Below, piece after piece: positions 56,295-64,000 of a stretch of DNA of 64,000 nucleotides. Every line of letters starts with the position of its first letter. Positions within the stretch are counted from its first letter, which is position 1. The DNA comes from Candidatus Peribacteria bacterium. Its GTDB lineage: Bacteria; Patescibacteriota; Gracilibacteria; UBA1369; 2-02-FULL-48-14. The notes beneath the pieces are model-generated. The model saw only the letters and a program-made list of their open reading frames with translations. It searched no databases and was not told the DNA's origin. The position numbers were made by a program, and so were the translations under genes. The stretch covers positions 15,528 through 79,527 of the forward strand of contig CALRCE010000001.1 of assembly GCA_943354505.1 (NCBI GenBank), in the 5' to 3' direction.

Positions 56295-57317
56295 TTAAGC
56301 CTGCGCCTCCGCATCGGGGCTCCACTTCCCTTCCGAAGCCAGCCCATTCATGTGTGCACGGTGCACGAGCACTTTTTGAGCCGCTTCAAAAGCCGAGCGA
56401 TCCTTCGCCCACATTTCCAATGCAGGCTGTTGAATGCCGCGCCCGTACGAGAAACTCAGTGGCCAAGGCAAGGCAAGGCCCAACTGATGCATCAAATTCA
56501 AATGCACTGTAGATTTGGCGTCGCTTTGTCCACCGGACAAAAACACCACTCCCGCGATGTTGGCAGGAACATTTTCTTTCAAACACTTCACCGTTTGTTC
56601 CGTCACAGTCTTCTCGTCGGATTGAACGACCGCACCCTTCCCAGCGAGCACCATGCTCACTTTCAAGATCGCGCCCTCTAAGGCCACTCCCTGCTCAGCA
56701 AGTTCGGCAAACAAAGCTTTCAAAACCTCAGCCGTCACCTCGTAACAACGCTCAATCAAATGCGTGCCCTCCATGATCATTTCAGGTTCCACCATCGGCA
56801 CGATGTCCGCTTCTTGGCAAAGAGCGGCATAACGCGCCAACGCATGCGCATTCGCCCGGACGCAGCCCATCGAAGGCAGAGTATCTGAAATGTTGATCAC
56901 CGCACGCCACTTCGCAAAAGTCGCTCCAAGCCCACGGTACTCAGTCAAACGCTCACGCAAGCCGTCGAGTCCTTCCGTGACCTGCTCACCGACATGCAGA
57001 GCCAAATCTTTAGCGCCGGTGTCCACTTTGATGCCGGGCTGAATGCCTTTTTGCTTGAGCACATCGACGAATTTTCGCCCATCGCGCGTCGACTGTCGCA
57101 AAGTTTCATCAAACAAAATCATACCTCCCAAGTATTGCTCGCTGCCCGGTGCCGTCACCAAAAGTTCGCGGTATTCACGACGAGTGTCTTCGGTGCACTC
57201 CACGCCCAACGCTTCAAAACGCTTTTTACAGGTGGAATGACTTTCATCGATGGCTAAAACTCCCTTGCCAGCAGCAACCATGGCTTTGGCAGTGGCTTGA
57301 AGAAGAGAAAGATTCAT
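56295..57317 (-). CDS. fba: fructose-bisphosphate aldolase, class I
   Basis: 340 aa. GKGVLAIDESHSTCKKRFEALG, GGMILFDETL, GIKVDTG, and the Schiff-base Lys region AILKVSMV. Confidence 0.92.
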   Translation of the reverse strand: MNLSLLQATAKAMVAAGKGVLAIDESHSTCKKRFEALGVECTEDTRREYRELLVTAPGSEQYLGGMILFDETLRQSTRDGRKFVDVLKQKGIQPGIKVDTGAKDLALHVGEQVTEGLDGLRERLTEYRGLGATFAKWRAVINISDTLPSMGCVRANAHALARYAALCQEADIVPMVEPEMIMEGTHLIERCYEVTAEVLKALFAELAEQGVALEGAILKVSMVLAGKGAVVQSDEKTVTEQTVKCLKENVPANIAGVVFLSGGQSDAKSTVHLNLMHQLGLALPWPLSFSYGRGIQQPALEMWAKDRSAFEAAQKVLVHRAHMNGLASEGKWSPDAEAQA

Positions 57318-57393
57318 AAGAGATGATTAATTTCGTGGCGTCACTATAGCATTAAGGCTAAAATAAATTTAAGTTAAAATTCACCCTTCCTCC

Positions 57394-57816
57394 ATGAACA
57401 CCCAAGTCTTCATCAACCTTTGCGTCTCCGACCTTCCAAAATCCATGGAGTTTTTCAAAGCTCTCGGATTCACGTTCAACCCACAATTCACCAACGACGA
57501 AGCCGCCTGTTTGCAGATCTCAGACACCATCTTCGCCATGCTCATCACTCCCGCTCGCTTCAAAGACTTCACAAAAAAGGAGATCGTGGACGCTAAAAAA
57601 TCCACCGAAGTGCTCCTCGCCCTCTCCTTTGAAAGCAAAGACCGCGTAAATGAGATGGCAGACAAAGCCCTCGCTGCAGGTGCAACAATCGCCCGCGAAC
57701 CTGAAGACCACGGTTTCATGTTCGCCCGGGCCATCCAAGACCTCGACGGACACATCTGGGAATTCTTCTGGATGGATCCGAATCATGTGCAGCTCACTTC
57801 AAAACCAACGACCTAA
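57394..57816 (+). CDS. VOC/glyoxalase-bleomycin-resistance family protein
   Basis: 140 aa. FINLCVSDLPKSMEFFKALGF...DLDGHIWEFFWMDP is the typical VOC beta-alpha-beta-beta-beta pattern. Confidence 0.85.
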   Translation: MNTQVFINLCVSDLPKSMEFFKALGFTFNPQFTNDEAACLQISDTIFAMLITPARFKDFTKKEIVDAKKSTEVLLALSFESKDRVNEMADKALAAGATIAREPEDHGFMFARAIQDLDGHIWEFFWMDPNHVQLTSKPTT

Positions 57817-59562
57817 AACAGGCCTCACGCCAATAGGATATTCCCCTCTCCAACCTGGAGCAGAGGAATCCATTGGAGACTTTAAACAAAACCGACCAAG
57901 GCTTCTATCGTGGGGCAGATAGTTGGTAATGACCTGAACACGGTCAGAAGCTAAGGTACCTGTATCTTGGGAAGTAAATCCACGTGTCTCCTTGGGTCTT
58001 GTCAGAGTGACTTCGCAATCTTCATTGTATCTTTCTCTCTTAACGGTAGTGAGAAGGCCATTGCGCTCAAAGAATGACCTCACGTGACTCAAACAATCCC
58101 TGTGCATTACGTCGATTTCTTGAAGAGTGTGAAACCCTTTAGCTACAGGTAATTTCCTAAGTTGTTCCATCCCCGCATTGGGATCTCTCAGCATCGTCGC
58201 GCCCAGAGCTTGGAGGGCTGCATTTGAACACTGAGCACTCTCAGCAGGAGAAAGGAAGCCCGCTTTGAATAAAAAATCCCGCAGCTCTCTGGCCTGCACC
58301 ACCACATTTTGTTCACGAGTGGAAGGAAGGTGACCCGGCATAGACATAAGCCAGTGAGATTCCTCACCCATGCTCGGGTTTGCAGGGAGGTAAATTAAAT
58401 TGGCACCCAACTTAACTCCTCTTTCTATTTCTTGAGGGTTCGGAAAGGTTTTAGGAAGCACTGGATCCACACCCTCTTTCATAAGTAAACCCAGTTCAAA
58501 GGGTCCTACAAATCTTTCTCCAAAGGCTTTATGAGCGGCTTCCCATCCATGGCTTTTAGCGTACAAAAGTCCAGCCTCCATTCTTTTTGCCTTGACCCGT
58601 TCAGGCATTGAAGGCGAAGCGGTGTCTAAGTCTGCAAAAAATCCATCGACAAAGGTTTCCTCTTCAGTCATCCACTCCAAACGATTCTTAGGAGTTCCTT
58701 TCTCGGGAAAAGGCACGGGGATAGAAAGCCACTCATTGGCCGCCAGAAGAGGCGTTAAGGTCGGCAAGCGACGCATAGAGTCAAACTCCCCTAAGAACAC
58801 TCTAAGAACAGCAATTCTTCTTCGCATCTCCTCCAAGTCCAAAGTACCACCTTTGAGGGAGTCTAAAGCATGGAGGAACGAAAGGAAAAGAATAGCTCCT
58901 TTCTGATAACCATTTTGTTCGTCACGACTGCGATGAGAGACTGTACCTCTCGCCTCTGAATGATCCGCCCTTCGCTGAGCATCCAAACTAAAACGTCCCC
59001 ACGGATTCTCGTGAAGGTGTGCAGCTGCTTGGACTAAATCGACGAAAGTGGTGTAGTCATGAGAAGGACCTCTCCTAGCCACTTCTTTTAAAAGGGCCAA
59101 CCGATAGGTCTCCAATTCAGCAGTCTGGGATTCTACTTCCACAGACTTTGAAACCTCTGAGACAGTAACAGAAGTTGCTCTCTGTTTAGTACTATCGCTA
59201 AGCTTCCCGACTTCTGCAGGCAATCCAGTAGACCCAACAACCTCCACAAGACGATCACCAGTCTTGATGTGCACACGCATTTCCCGAGCCGCATCATCTG
59301 CATAGTAGTAGGACCAACCTTCCTTTCCATCGGCATACACAGCTAAACGCCCATTAACGGTAATAGGAACATCACGAAAAAAATAATGGGCCCGAAACCA
59401 GAGGTATGTATAGAGAGGATGATCTTGATCTAAAACAAAACGTCCATCAGTTAAACAGTGAGCCCTTAAAAAAGCTCTACCCCCAGCAGTATCAGCAGTG
59501 CCCTTCAAAGAGCTGGGAGTAATATCTTCGAAAGACTGTGGGGTTAATGGAATGGGCCTCAA
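57799..59562 (-). CDS. hypothetical protein (587 aa), translationally coupled to the GT-kinase gene
   Basis: The TTG start overlaps the upstream TGA (TTGA at 59562-59559). No signal peptide or TM segment, no motif recognised. Confidence 0.6.
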   Translation of the reverse strand: MRPIPLTPQSFEDITPSSLKGTADTAGGRAFLRAHCLTDGRFVLDQDHPLYTYLWFRAHYFFRDVPITVNGRLAVYADGKEGWSYYYADDAAREMRVHIKTGDRLVEVVGSTGLPAEVGKLSDSTKQRATSVTVSEVSKSVEVESQTAELETYRLALLKEVARRGPSHDYTTFVDLVQAAAHLHENPWGRFSLDAQRRADHSEARGTVSHRSRDEQNGYQKGAILFLSFLHALDSLKGGTLDLEEMRRRIAVLRVFLGEFDSMRRLPTLTPLLAANEWLSIPVPFPEKGTPKNRLEWMTEEETFVDGFFADLDTASPSMPERVKAKRMEAGLLYAKSHGWEAAHKAFGERFVGPFELGLLMKEGVDPVLPKTFPNPQEIERGVKLGANLIYLPANPSMGEESHWLMSMPGHLPSTREQNVVVQARELRDFLFKAGFLSPAESAQCSNAALQALGATMLRDPNAGMEQLRKLPVAKGFHTLQEIDVMHRDCLSHVRSFFERNGLLTTVKRERYNEDCEVTLTRPKETRGFTSQDTGTLASDRVQVITNYLPHDRSLGRFCLKSPMDSSAPGWRGEYPIGVRPVLGRWF

Positions 59563-62120
59563 GATGAAAGGTTATTATAAGCTTTTAACAAGTCCTCAAG
59601 CATATCCGCCATATTCCGATATCTACTAGAGATTATCGGATTTATACCCTTTTTTAAAATTTTTCTAACTGAAGGAGCTACGCCACTAGGCATTTCAAAG
59701 TTACCTGTAGTATGGAGTTGAGCTAACTTCAAATTCCTTTGACTAGCTTCAATATCCGCAACTTGCGAAAAATACGGAGACTGGCCGGTTAACAGAAAGT
59801 AAAAAGTACAACAAAGCTCATACGTATCTACTGATGTATCAAGGGTAACGCCTTCTCTCCCCAATTCAGGAGGTGAAACATGACGGTTCATACCTTCAAA
59901 ACCACGCACAAACGACCCTTCATTAGATATAGAGACATCATCCAAATCTCCTACGATTACATCTCCATTAAATCCGACTAAAACATTATGTGGAGAAATA
60001 TCAGCATGCAAAACTCCTTCATCATTTAAATCCCTAATCGTAGAAGCAATTCTTATAACCACTTCCAAAGCTTTTTTCGTATTCAGAGGACCATGCCTTT
60101 CGACTACTTTTTCTAAATCTGTAGAAGCAAGTGTATGAACCTGAATCAATTGACCGTCAACCGGGTCCGTTACTAACAAAGGAACATCTAAATGAGGGTC
60201 AGAAATACCTTTCTTTTGAGCATAATCAAAAATATTTTGAACCCCGCTAGGATACTTATTTGCACGTGCAACAAAAGCTCTTTCCTCAGCAGAAAGGATT
60301 TTCATAGCTACAAGTTCATTTGTACGAGAGTTGTATCCATAGTAAACAGACCGCGTAGAAGCGCCTAAGAACCTATCCTTACACATTACGTAGTCTTCGT
60401 TAACATGTATCTTCTCATGGCTTGCTTGTAGATCTGCGAGCGTATATCTAGGAACAGTTGACCTGAACACAGGCTGTGAATGAGCATAGTTGAATGCCCC
60501 CAAAGCTCGATCCAATCTCCTGTTTCTTCTCCTTTCAGTATCTTTTCTACGTTTTTCTCTAAGGTCCTTCAGTTCTTTGGCTGCAGCTGCATCACCAGAC
60601 TTGGCTTTCTGGATCAAGGGTCCTTCAACTTGGTAAACCTTAAGCCCATTCACCAAACGATCCATATTTGTAACCACTACCTTCTCCTTGCCACCAAGCT
60701 TCTCAACTTTGTACTCAATACCAAGCAAACCAATACATTTCCGGTACATCTTGCTTCCCTTGCCCAACCGGTCTCCAGATTCGTAAACGTCAACTGTCCT
60801 GTTGAGTACATTCTCAAGGTCCACTTTAAACTTCGCCACAACAGTTGGATCCTCATAATTGATTTTCTCTCCTGGTTTGAGTTCATAGGTTCTTACTGAA
60901 TCAAAAGCACCAAAACCAGCAACCCATTGTTCAACAGGAGACACTCCTTTTGCCACAGCTGCTTCAGAACGGCGTGCAGAAGAAAAGTTTCTCGTAGATG
61001 AAGAAGCTCCATGGGCAAGAGCATCTTTCGTTCCACGCGCTGAAACTATCATTTGTCCTATTAAAACATCTTCACCTCCACCCATCCGGGCATGTCCTCC
61101 AACGGCAGAGTAAATACTAGAACGATAAGCAAAATTAGCACCGCTGGAAGTCATTCCACCGGAACGAGATCTGCCATAAATACCTAAGTATTGGAAAAGA
61201 CGCGTTCCAATATGCACCATTGGATTGTTGGCATACGCCTCAAGATCCCAATCCAGTTCACCACGGATTGCATCTACATTTGGTTTCGCTGCAAAATCTT
61301 TAAGCATAGATCCAACATATTCCGGTGAAACACCTTTCATGTCGGCGTCATTACTCACCAAGATAAGATCTTTCGCTCCTTCTCCTCTTGCATGATGGCG
61401 GTACATAGCCACATCGTTAGCAAGCTTACGGATCGTACCTATTTTAGCTTCTGCAAGGGGAAAGACTTTGTAGATCACCCTAATGCGCATATCTGGATTA
61501 TCTTTTTGGAAACGCGCAATTTCATTCATGGTTTGATCGGGCTTCACCGCTCTTCCAGAAGGATCGACGTCCGGATGATTCACCATGAGTACAACTTCAA
61601 ACTTTTCCTTAGGAGCAGTTTGGTTTTTAAATCCCTCAAGAGTTCTATAGATATTTGCTCCTTCTTGGTGTCCAGCAACTGGAATACAAACTGAAAGTTC
61701 ACAGTTCGGGTCCATCTCGCCAGCCTCTTTGGAGAACCTCTCAACCTCTTTCATATAACCCTTTTCTTGTCTAGAAAAATAACCATCAATCTCCCTATAA
61801 TGATCCAGTTTCGCTTTCGGATCCCGCTTTAATGTCTCTGAACCTCTTCGTTTAAGAGCTGTCTTAGCATCTTCTGGAAGAGTTCCAATTTCATCAACCG
61901 AATCTTCGCCTTCTTCACCTTCGTATTTCTCTACATCAACCCGATCCACATCAATACCTCGAGCTCTCTGAGCAAAAGATTGAACGAATCCAACTACTGG
62001 GAAACCCGCTTGATCAAAAGAATCTGAAGGCGGTCCTTGCAGTGGGACATTCCTAGGGACAACAGGAGCGGCATCCAAACCCGTACGCTGACCATCATCT
62101 TGATGTTCATCCTCGTTCAT
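59559..62120 (-). CDS. fusion protein: GT-A (family-2-like) glycosyltransferase domain + C-terminal Hanks-type Ser/Thr protein-kinase-like domain
   Basis: 853 aa. GT-A features: LSVCIPVAGHQEGANIYRTLEGFKNQT...FEVVLMVNHPD, DxD LVSNDADMKG, GGGEDV. Kinase-like features: FLGASTRSVYYG (Gly-loop-like), VAMKIL (VAIK), HADISPHNVLV (HRDxKxxN variant, Asp and Asn kept), VGDLDDV (DFG-like), HVSPPE (APE-like). No signal peptide. Confidence 0.7.
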   Translation of the reverse strand: MNEDEHQDDGQRTGLDAAPVVPRNVPLQGPPSDSFDQAGFPVVGFVQSFAQRARGIDVDRVDVEKYEGEEGEDSVDEIGTLPEDAKTALKRRGSETLKRDPKAKLDHYREIDGYFSRQEKGYMKEVERFSKEAGEMDPNCELSVCIPVAGHQEGANIYRTLEGFKNQTAPKEKFEVVLMVNHPDVDPSGRAVKPDQTMNEIARFQKDNPDMRIRVIYKVFPLAEAKIGTIRKLANDVAMYRHHARGEGAKDLILVSNDADMKGVSPEYVGSMLKDFAAKPNVDAIRGELDWDLEAYANNPMVHIGTRLFQYLGIYGRSRSGGMTSSGANFAYRSSIYSAVGGHARMGGGEDVLIGQMIVSARGTKDALAHGASSSTRNFSSARRSEAAVAKGVSPVEQWVAGFGAFDSVRTYELKPGEKINYEDPTVVAKFKVDLENVLNRTVDVYESGDRLGKGSKMYRKCIGLLGIEYKVEKLGGKEKVVVTNMDRLVNGLKVYQVEGPLIQKAKSGDAAAAKELKDLREKRRKDTERRRNRRLDRALGAFNYAHSQPVFRSTVPRYTLADLQASHEKIHVNEDYVMCKDRFLGASTRSVYYGYNSRTNELVAMKILSAEERAFVARANKYPSGVQNIFDYAQKKGISDPHLDVPLLVTDPVDGQLIQVHTLASTDLEKVVERHGPLNTKKALEVVIRIASTIRDLNDEGVLHADISPHNVLVGFNGDVIVGDLDDVSISNEGSFVRGFEGMNRHVSPPELGREGVTLDTSVDTYELCCTFYFLLTGQSPYFSQVADIEASQRNLKLAQLHTTGNFEMPSGVAPSVRKILKKGINPIISSRYRNMADMLEDLLKAYNNLSS
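60538..61850 (-). repeat. copy A of a ~1.3-kb tandem paralogous duplication (GT-A module)
   Basis: It aligns without indels to 62182-63494 (constant offset 1644). It includes a 383-nt perfect-identity tract, 61441-61823 = 63085-63467, and a ~97 percent tract at 60542-60678. One hand-aligned flanking stretch gave about 83 percent (50/60). Confidence 0.9.
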
Positions 62121-62174
62121 ATCTATGAAAAGTAAAATGAAGTAAGACTAAACACACATGTAACTTAGGCCACT

Positions 62175-64000
62175 TTAAGTCGTACCTTTTCTACGTTTTT
62201 CTCTAAGGTCCTTCAGTTCTTTGGCTGCAGCTGCATCACCAGACTTAGCCTTCTGGATCAAGGGTCCTTCAACTTGGTAAACCTTAAGCCCATTCACCAA
62301 ACGGTCCATATTCGTAACCACAATGGTCTCCTTTCCACCAACAACATCCACTTTGTACTGAATACCAAGCAGTCCAAGACATTTACGGTACATTTCAGCT
62401 CCCTTGCCTTGTTTCTCTCCTCTTTCATACTCATCAATTGTCCTGTTCACAACATTCTCAAGGTCCCCTTTAAACTTGGCTAAAGTAGCCGGATCATCAT
62501 AGTTGATTTTTTCTCCAGGCTTAATTTCGTAAGTCCTTACTGAATCAAAAGCACCAAAACCAGCAACCCATTGTTCAACAGGAGATACTCCCTTTGCCAC
62601 AGCTGCTTCAGCGCGTCGGGCAGAAGAAAAGTTTCTCGTAGACGAAGATGCTCCATGAGCAAGCGCATCTTTTGTACCTCTCGCTCCAACAATCATTTGA
62701 CCTATTAAAACATCTTCGCCTCCACCCATCCGGGCATGTCCTCCAACGGCAGAGTAAATACTAGAACGATAAGCAAAGTTACCTCCACTGGAAGTCATTC
62801 CACCGGAACGAGATCTGCCATAAATACCCAAGTATTGGAAAAGACGAGTTCCAATGTGGACCATTGGATTACTAGCATAAGATTCTAAGTCCCAGTCTAG
62901 TTCACCCCTAATCGCATCCACATTGGGCTTAGCATCGAAAGACTCAATCATAGCCTCAATATATTTTGGTGAGATACCTTTCATGTCGGCATCATTACTC
63001 ACCAAGATAAGATCTTTTGCTCCTTCACCTCTCGCATGATGACGGTACATAGCCACATCATTTGCAAGTTTACGAATGGTTCCAATTTTAGCTTCTGCAA
63101 GGGGAAAGACTTTGTAGATCACCCTAATGCGCATATCTGGATTATCTTTTTGGAAACGCGCAATTTCATTCATGGTTTGATCGGGCTTCACCGCTCTTCC
63201 AGAAGGATCGACGTCCGGATGATTCACCATGAGTACAACTTCAAACTTTTCCTTAGGAGCAGTTTGGTTTTTAAATCCCTCAAGAGTTCTATAGATATTT
63301 GCTCCTTCTTGGTGTCCAGCAACTGGAATACAAACTGAAAGTTCACAGTTCGGGTCCATCTCGCCAGCCTCTTTGGAGAACCTCTCAACCTCTTTCATAT
63401 AACCCTTTTCTTGTCTAGAAAAATAACCATCAATCTCCCTATAATGATCCAGTTTCGCTTTCGGATCTTTTTTCAAAGTTTCAGACCCTTGACGTCTAAA
63501 CATCCTCATTGCATCTCGATCTGATCCACCAGAAAGGTAAACGCTATTAGAGCGCTTCTGAACACCTCCCCACGCTCTCAAACCAAGCACAACTCCTGCG
63601 TCGTGAGCCCAACTTCTCCAAGTTTCAGGTTCTTCCATGGCTTCAGCTTGAGTCTTACTGATCAAACCGGGATACCTACCAAAAGGTGTATCCTTTTCAG
63701 TAGCAAGCCACTGTTGAGCTTCACCCACTTTATGCATGGCAATCACTTCGGCAGTGATTTCAGCAGCACTTGCACCCGCTTGACCAGCAGTAAAGCTAAG
63801 GCGTCCCAGAGGGACAGTGGGTCCCATTTGAGAAAGGGCAGCATTCGCGTCTCCAATACTACGACTCACTCTTCCCAATTGATCAATAGGATTGAGTTTA
63901 GACAAAGCAGGTCCTCCTTTGGCCGCAAGAGCGGCACGTTGAGCACCCACCGTTTCTCCACGTAAGAATTGTTGAGTCTTACCAAGGGCATACAAAGTCA
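62175..64000 (-). CDS. GT-A glycosyltransferase-like paralog without kinase domain (5' end probably beyond the window)
   Basis: The frame is open to the window edge (the track start TTG 63995 is probably not the real start). The central region is near-identical in protein sequence to the neighbouring gene (DPKAKLDHYREIDGYF...LVSNDADMKG...). It ends KRRKGTT* exactly where the neighbour continues into the kinase module. Confidence 0.7.
   Translation of the reverse strand, partial: TLYALGKTQQFLRGETVGAQRAALAAKGGPALSKLNPIDQLGRVSRSIGDANAALSQMGPTVPLGRLSFTAGQAGASAAEITAEVIAMHKVGEAQQWLATEKDTPFGRYPGLISKTQAEAMEEPETWRSWAHDAGVVLGLRAWGGVQKRSNSVYLSGGSDRDAMRMFRRQGSETLKKDPKAKLDHYREIDGYFSRQEKGYMKEVERFSKEAGEMDPNCELSVCIPVAGHQEGANIYRTLEGFKNQTAPKEKFEVVLMVNHPDVDPSGRAVKPDQTMNEIARFQKDNPDMRIRVIYKVFPLAEAKIGTIRKLANDVAMYRHHARGEGAKDLILVSNDADMKGISPKYIEAMIESFDAKPNVDAIRGELDWDLESYASNPMVHIGTRLFQYLGIYGRSRSGGMTSSGGNFAYRSSIYSAVGGHARMGGGEDVLIGQMIVGARGTKDALAHGASSSTRNFSSARRAEAAVAKGVSPVEQWVAGFGAFDSVRTYEIKPGEKINYDDPATLAKFKGDLENVVNRTIDEYERGEKQGKGAEMYRKCLGLLGIQYKVDVVGGKETIVVTNMDRLVNGLKVYQVEGPLIQKAKSGDAAAAKELKDLREKRRKGTT
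62182..63494 (-). repeat. copy B of the tandem GT-A duplication
   Basis: See copy A. The offset is 1644 nt, and 63085-63467 is identical to 61441-61823. Confidence 0.9.

Noticed and set aside
1-64000. CRISPR arrays, rRNA genes, transposases, integrases and prophage blocks
   Set aside because: I found no regularly spaced direct repeats and no rRNA-like conserved stretches. No DDE, serine or tyrosine recombinase motifs were seen in any ORF. The only mobile-like signals are the HNH gene and the tRNA-Glu scar reported above.

Overview
This is a 64-kb chromosomal segment from a small-genome bacterium, probably uncultivated. The gene content and the many orphan secreted or membrane proteins resemble CPR/Patescibacteria, but that is inference only because no rRNA marker is present. 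The standard genetic code applies: TAA, TAG and TGA all terminate recognisable genes. I count about 60 protein genes at high coding density, one tRNA-Glu(UUC) and the RNase P RNA.

Recognisable housekeeping genes are ftsH, hsp20, galU, secA, lysA, ftsK, gltX, rpmH-rnpA-yidC-jag, nth and comEC. There is also a cell-wall block (LCP, D-Ala-D-Ala carboxypeptidase, mraY), an ECF sigma/anti-sigma pair, and a compact fermentative carbon module (pta, phosphoketolase, ackA, class I FBP aldolase, class 1 FBPase).

The content that standard annotation does not explain is:
(1) A tightly coupled minus-strand operon at 209-4703. It combines a LOG-type nucleotide N-glycosidase fusion, a TrpF-like isomerase, a GTP cyclohydrolase II-like enzyme and a small ORF.
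(2) A cluster at the right edge (57.8-64 kb) with two tandem paralogous GT-A glycosyltransferase-like genes. One is fused to a very AT-rich Hanks-type kinase-like module and is translationally coupled to a 587-aa unknown protein. The paralogs share a 383-nt perfectly identical tract.
(3) A promoter, a leaderless 21-codon Lys-containing ORF and alternative hairpins ending in a terminator, all upstream of an aspartokinase-like/lysA pair.
(4) A solitary MazF/PemK-like toxin and a HigA-like antitoxin, separated by a spacer that encodes an opposite-strand mini-transcript with its own promoter and terminator.
(5) A roughly 130-nt structured leader or small RNA upstream of a secreted protein gene.
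(6) A tRNA-Glu with a 20-nt duplication of its 3' end.

All calls come from reading the sequence and recalling motifs; no searches were run.
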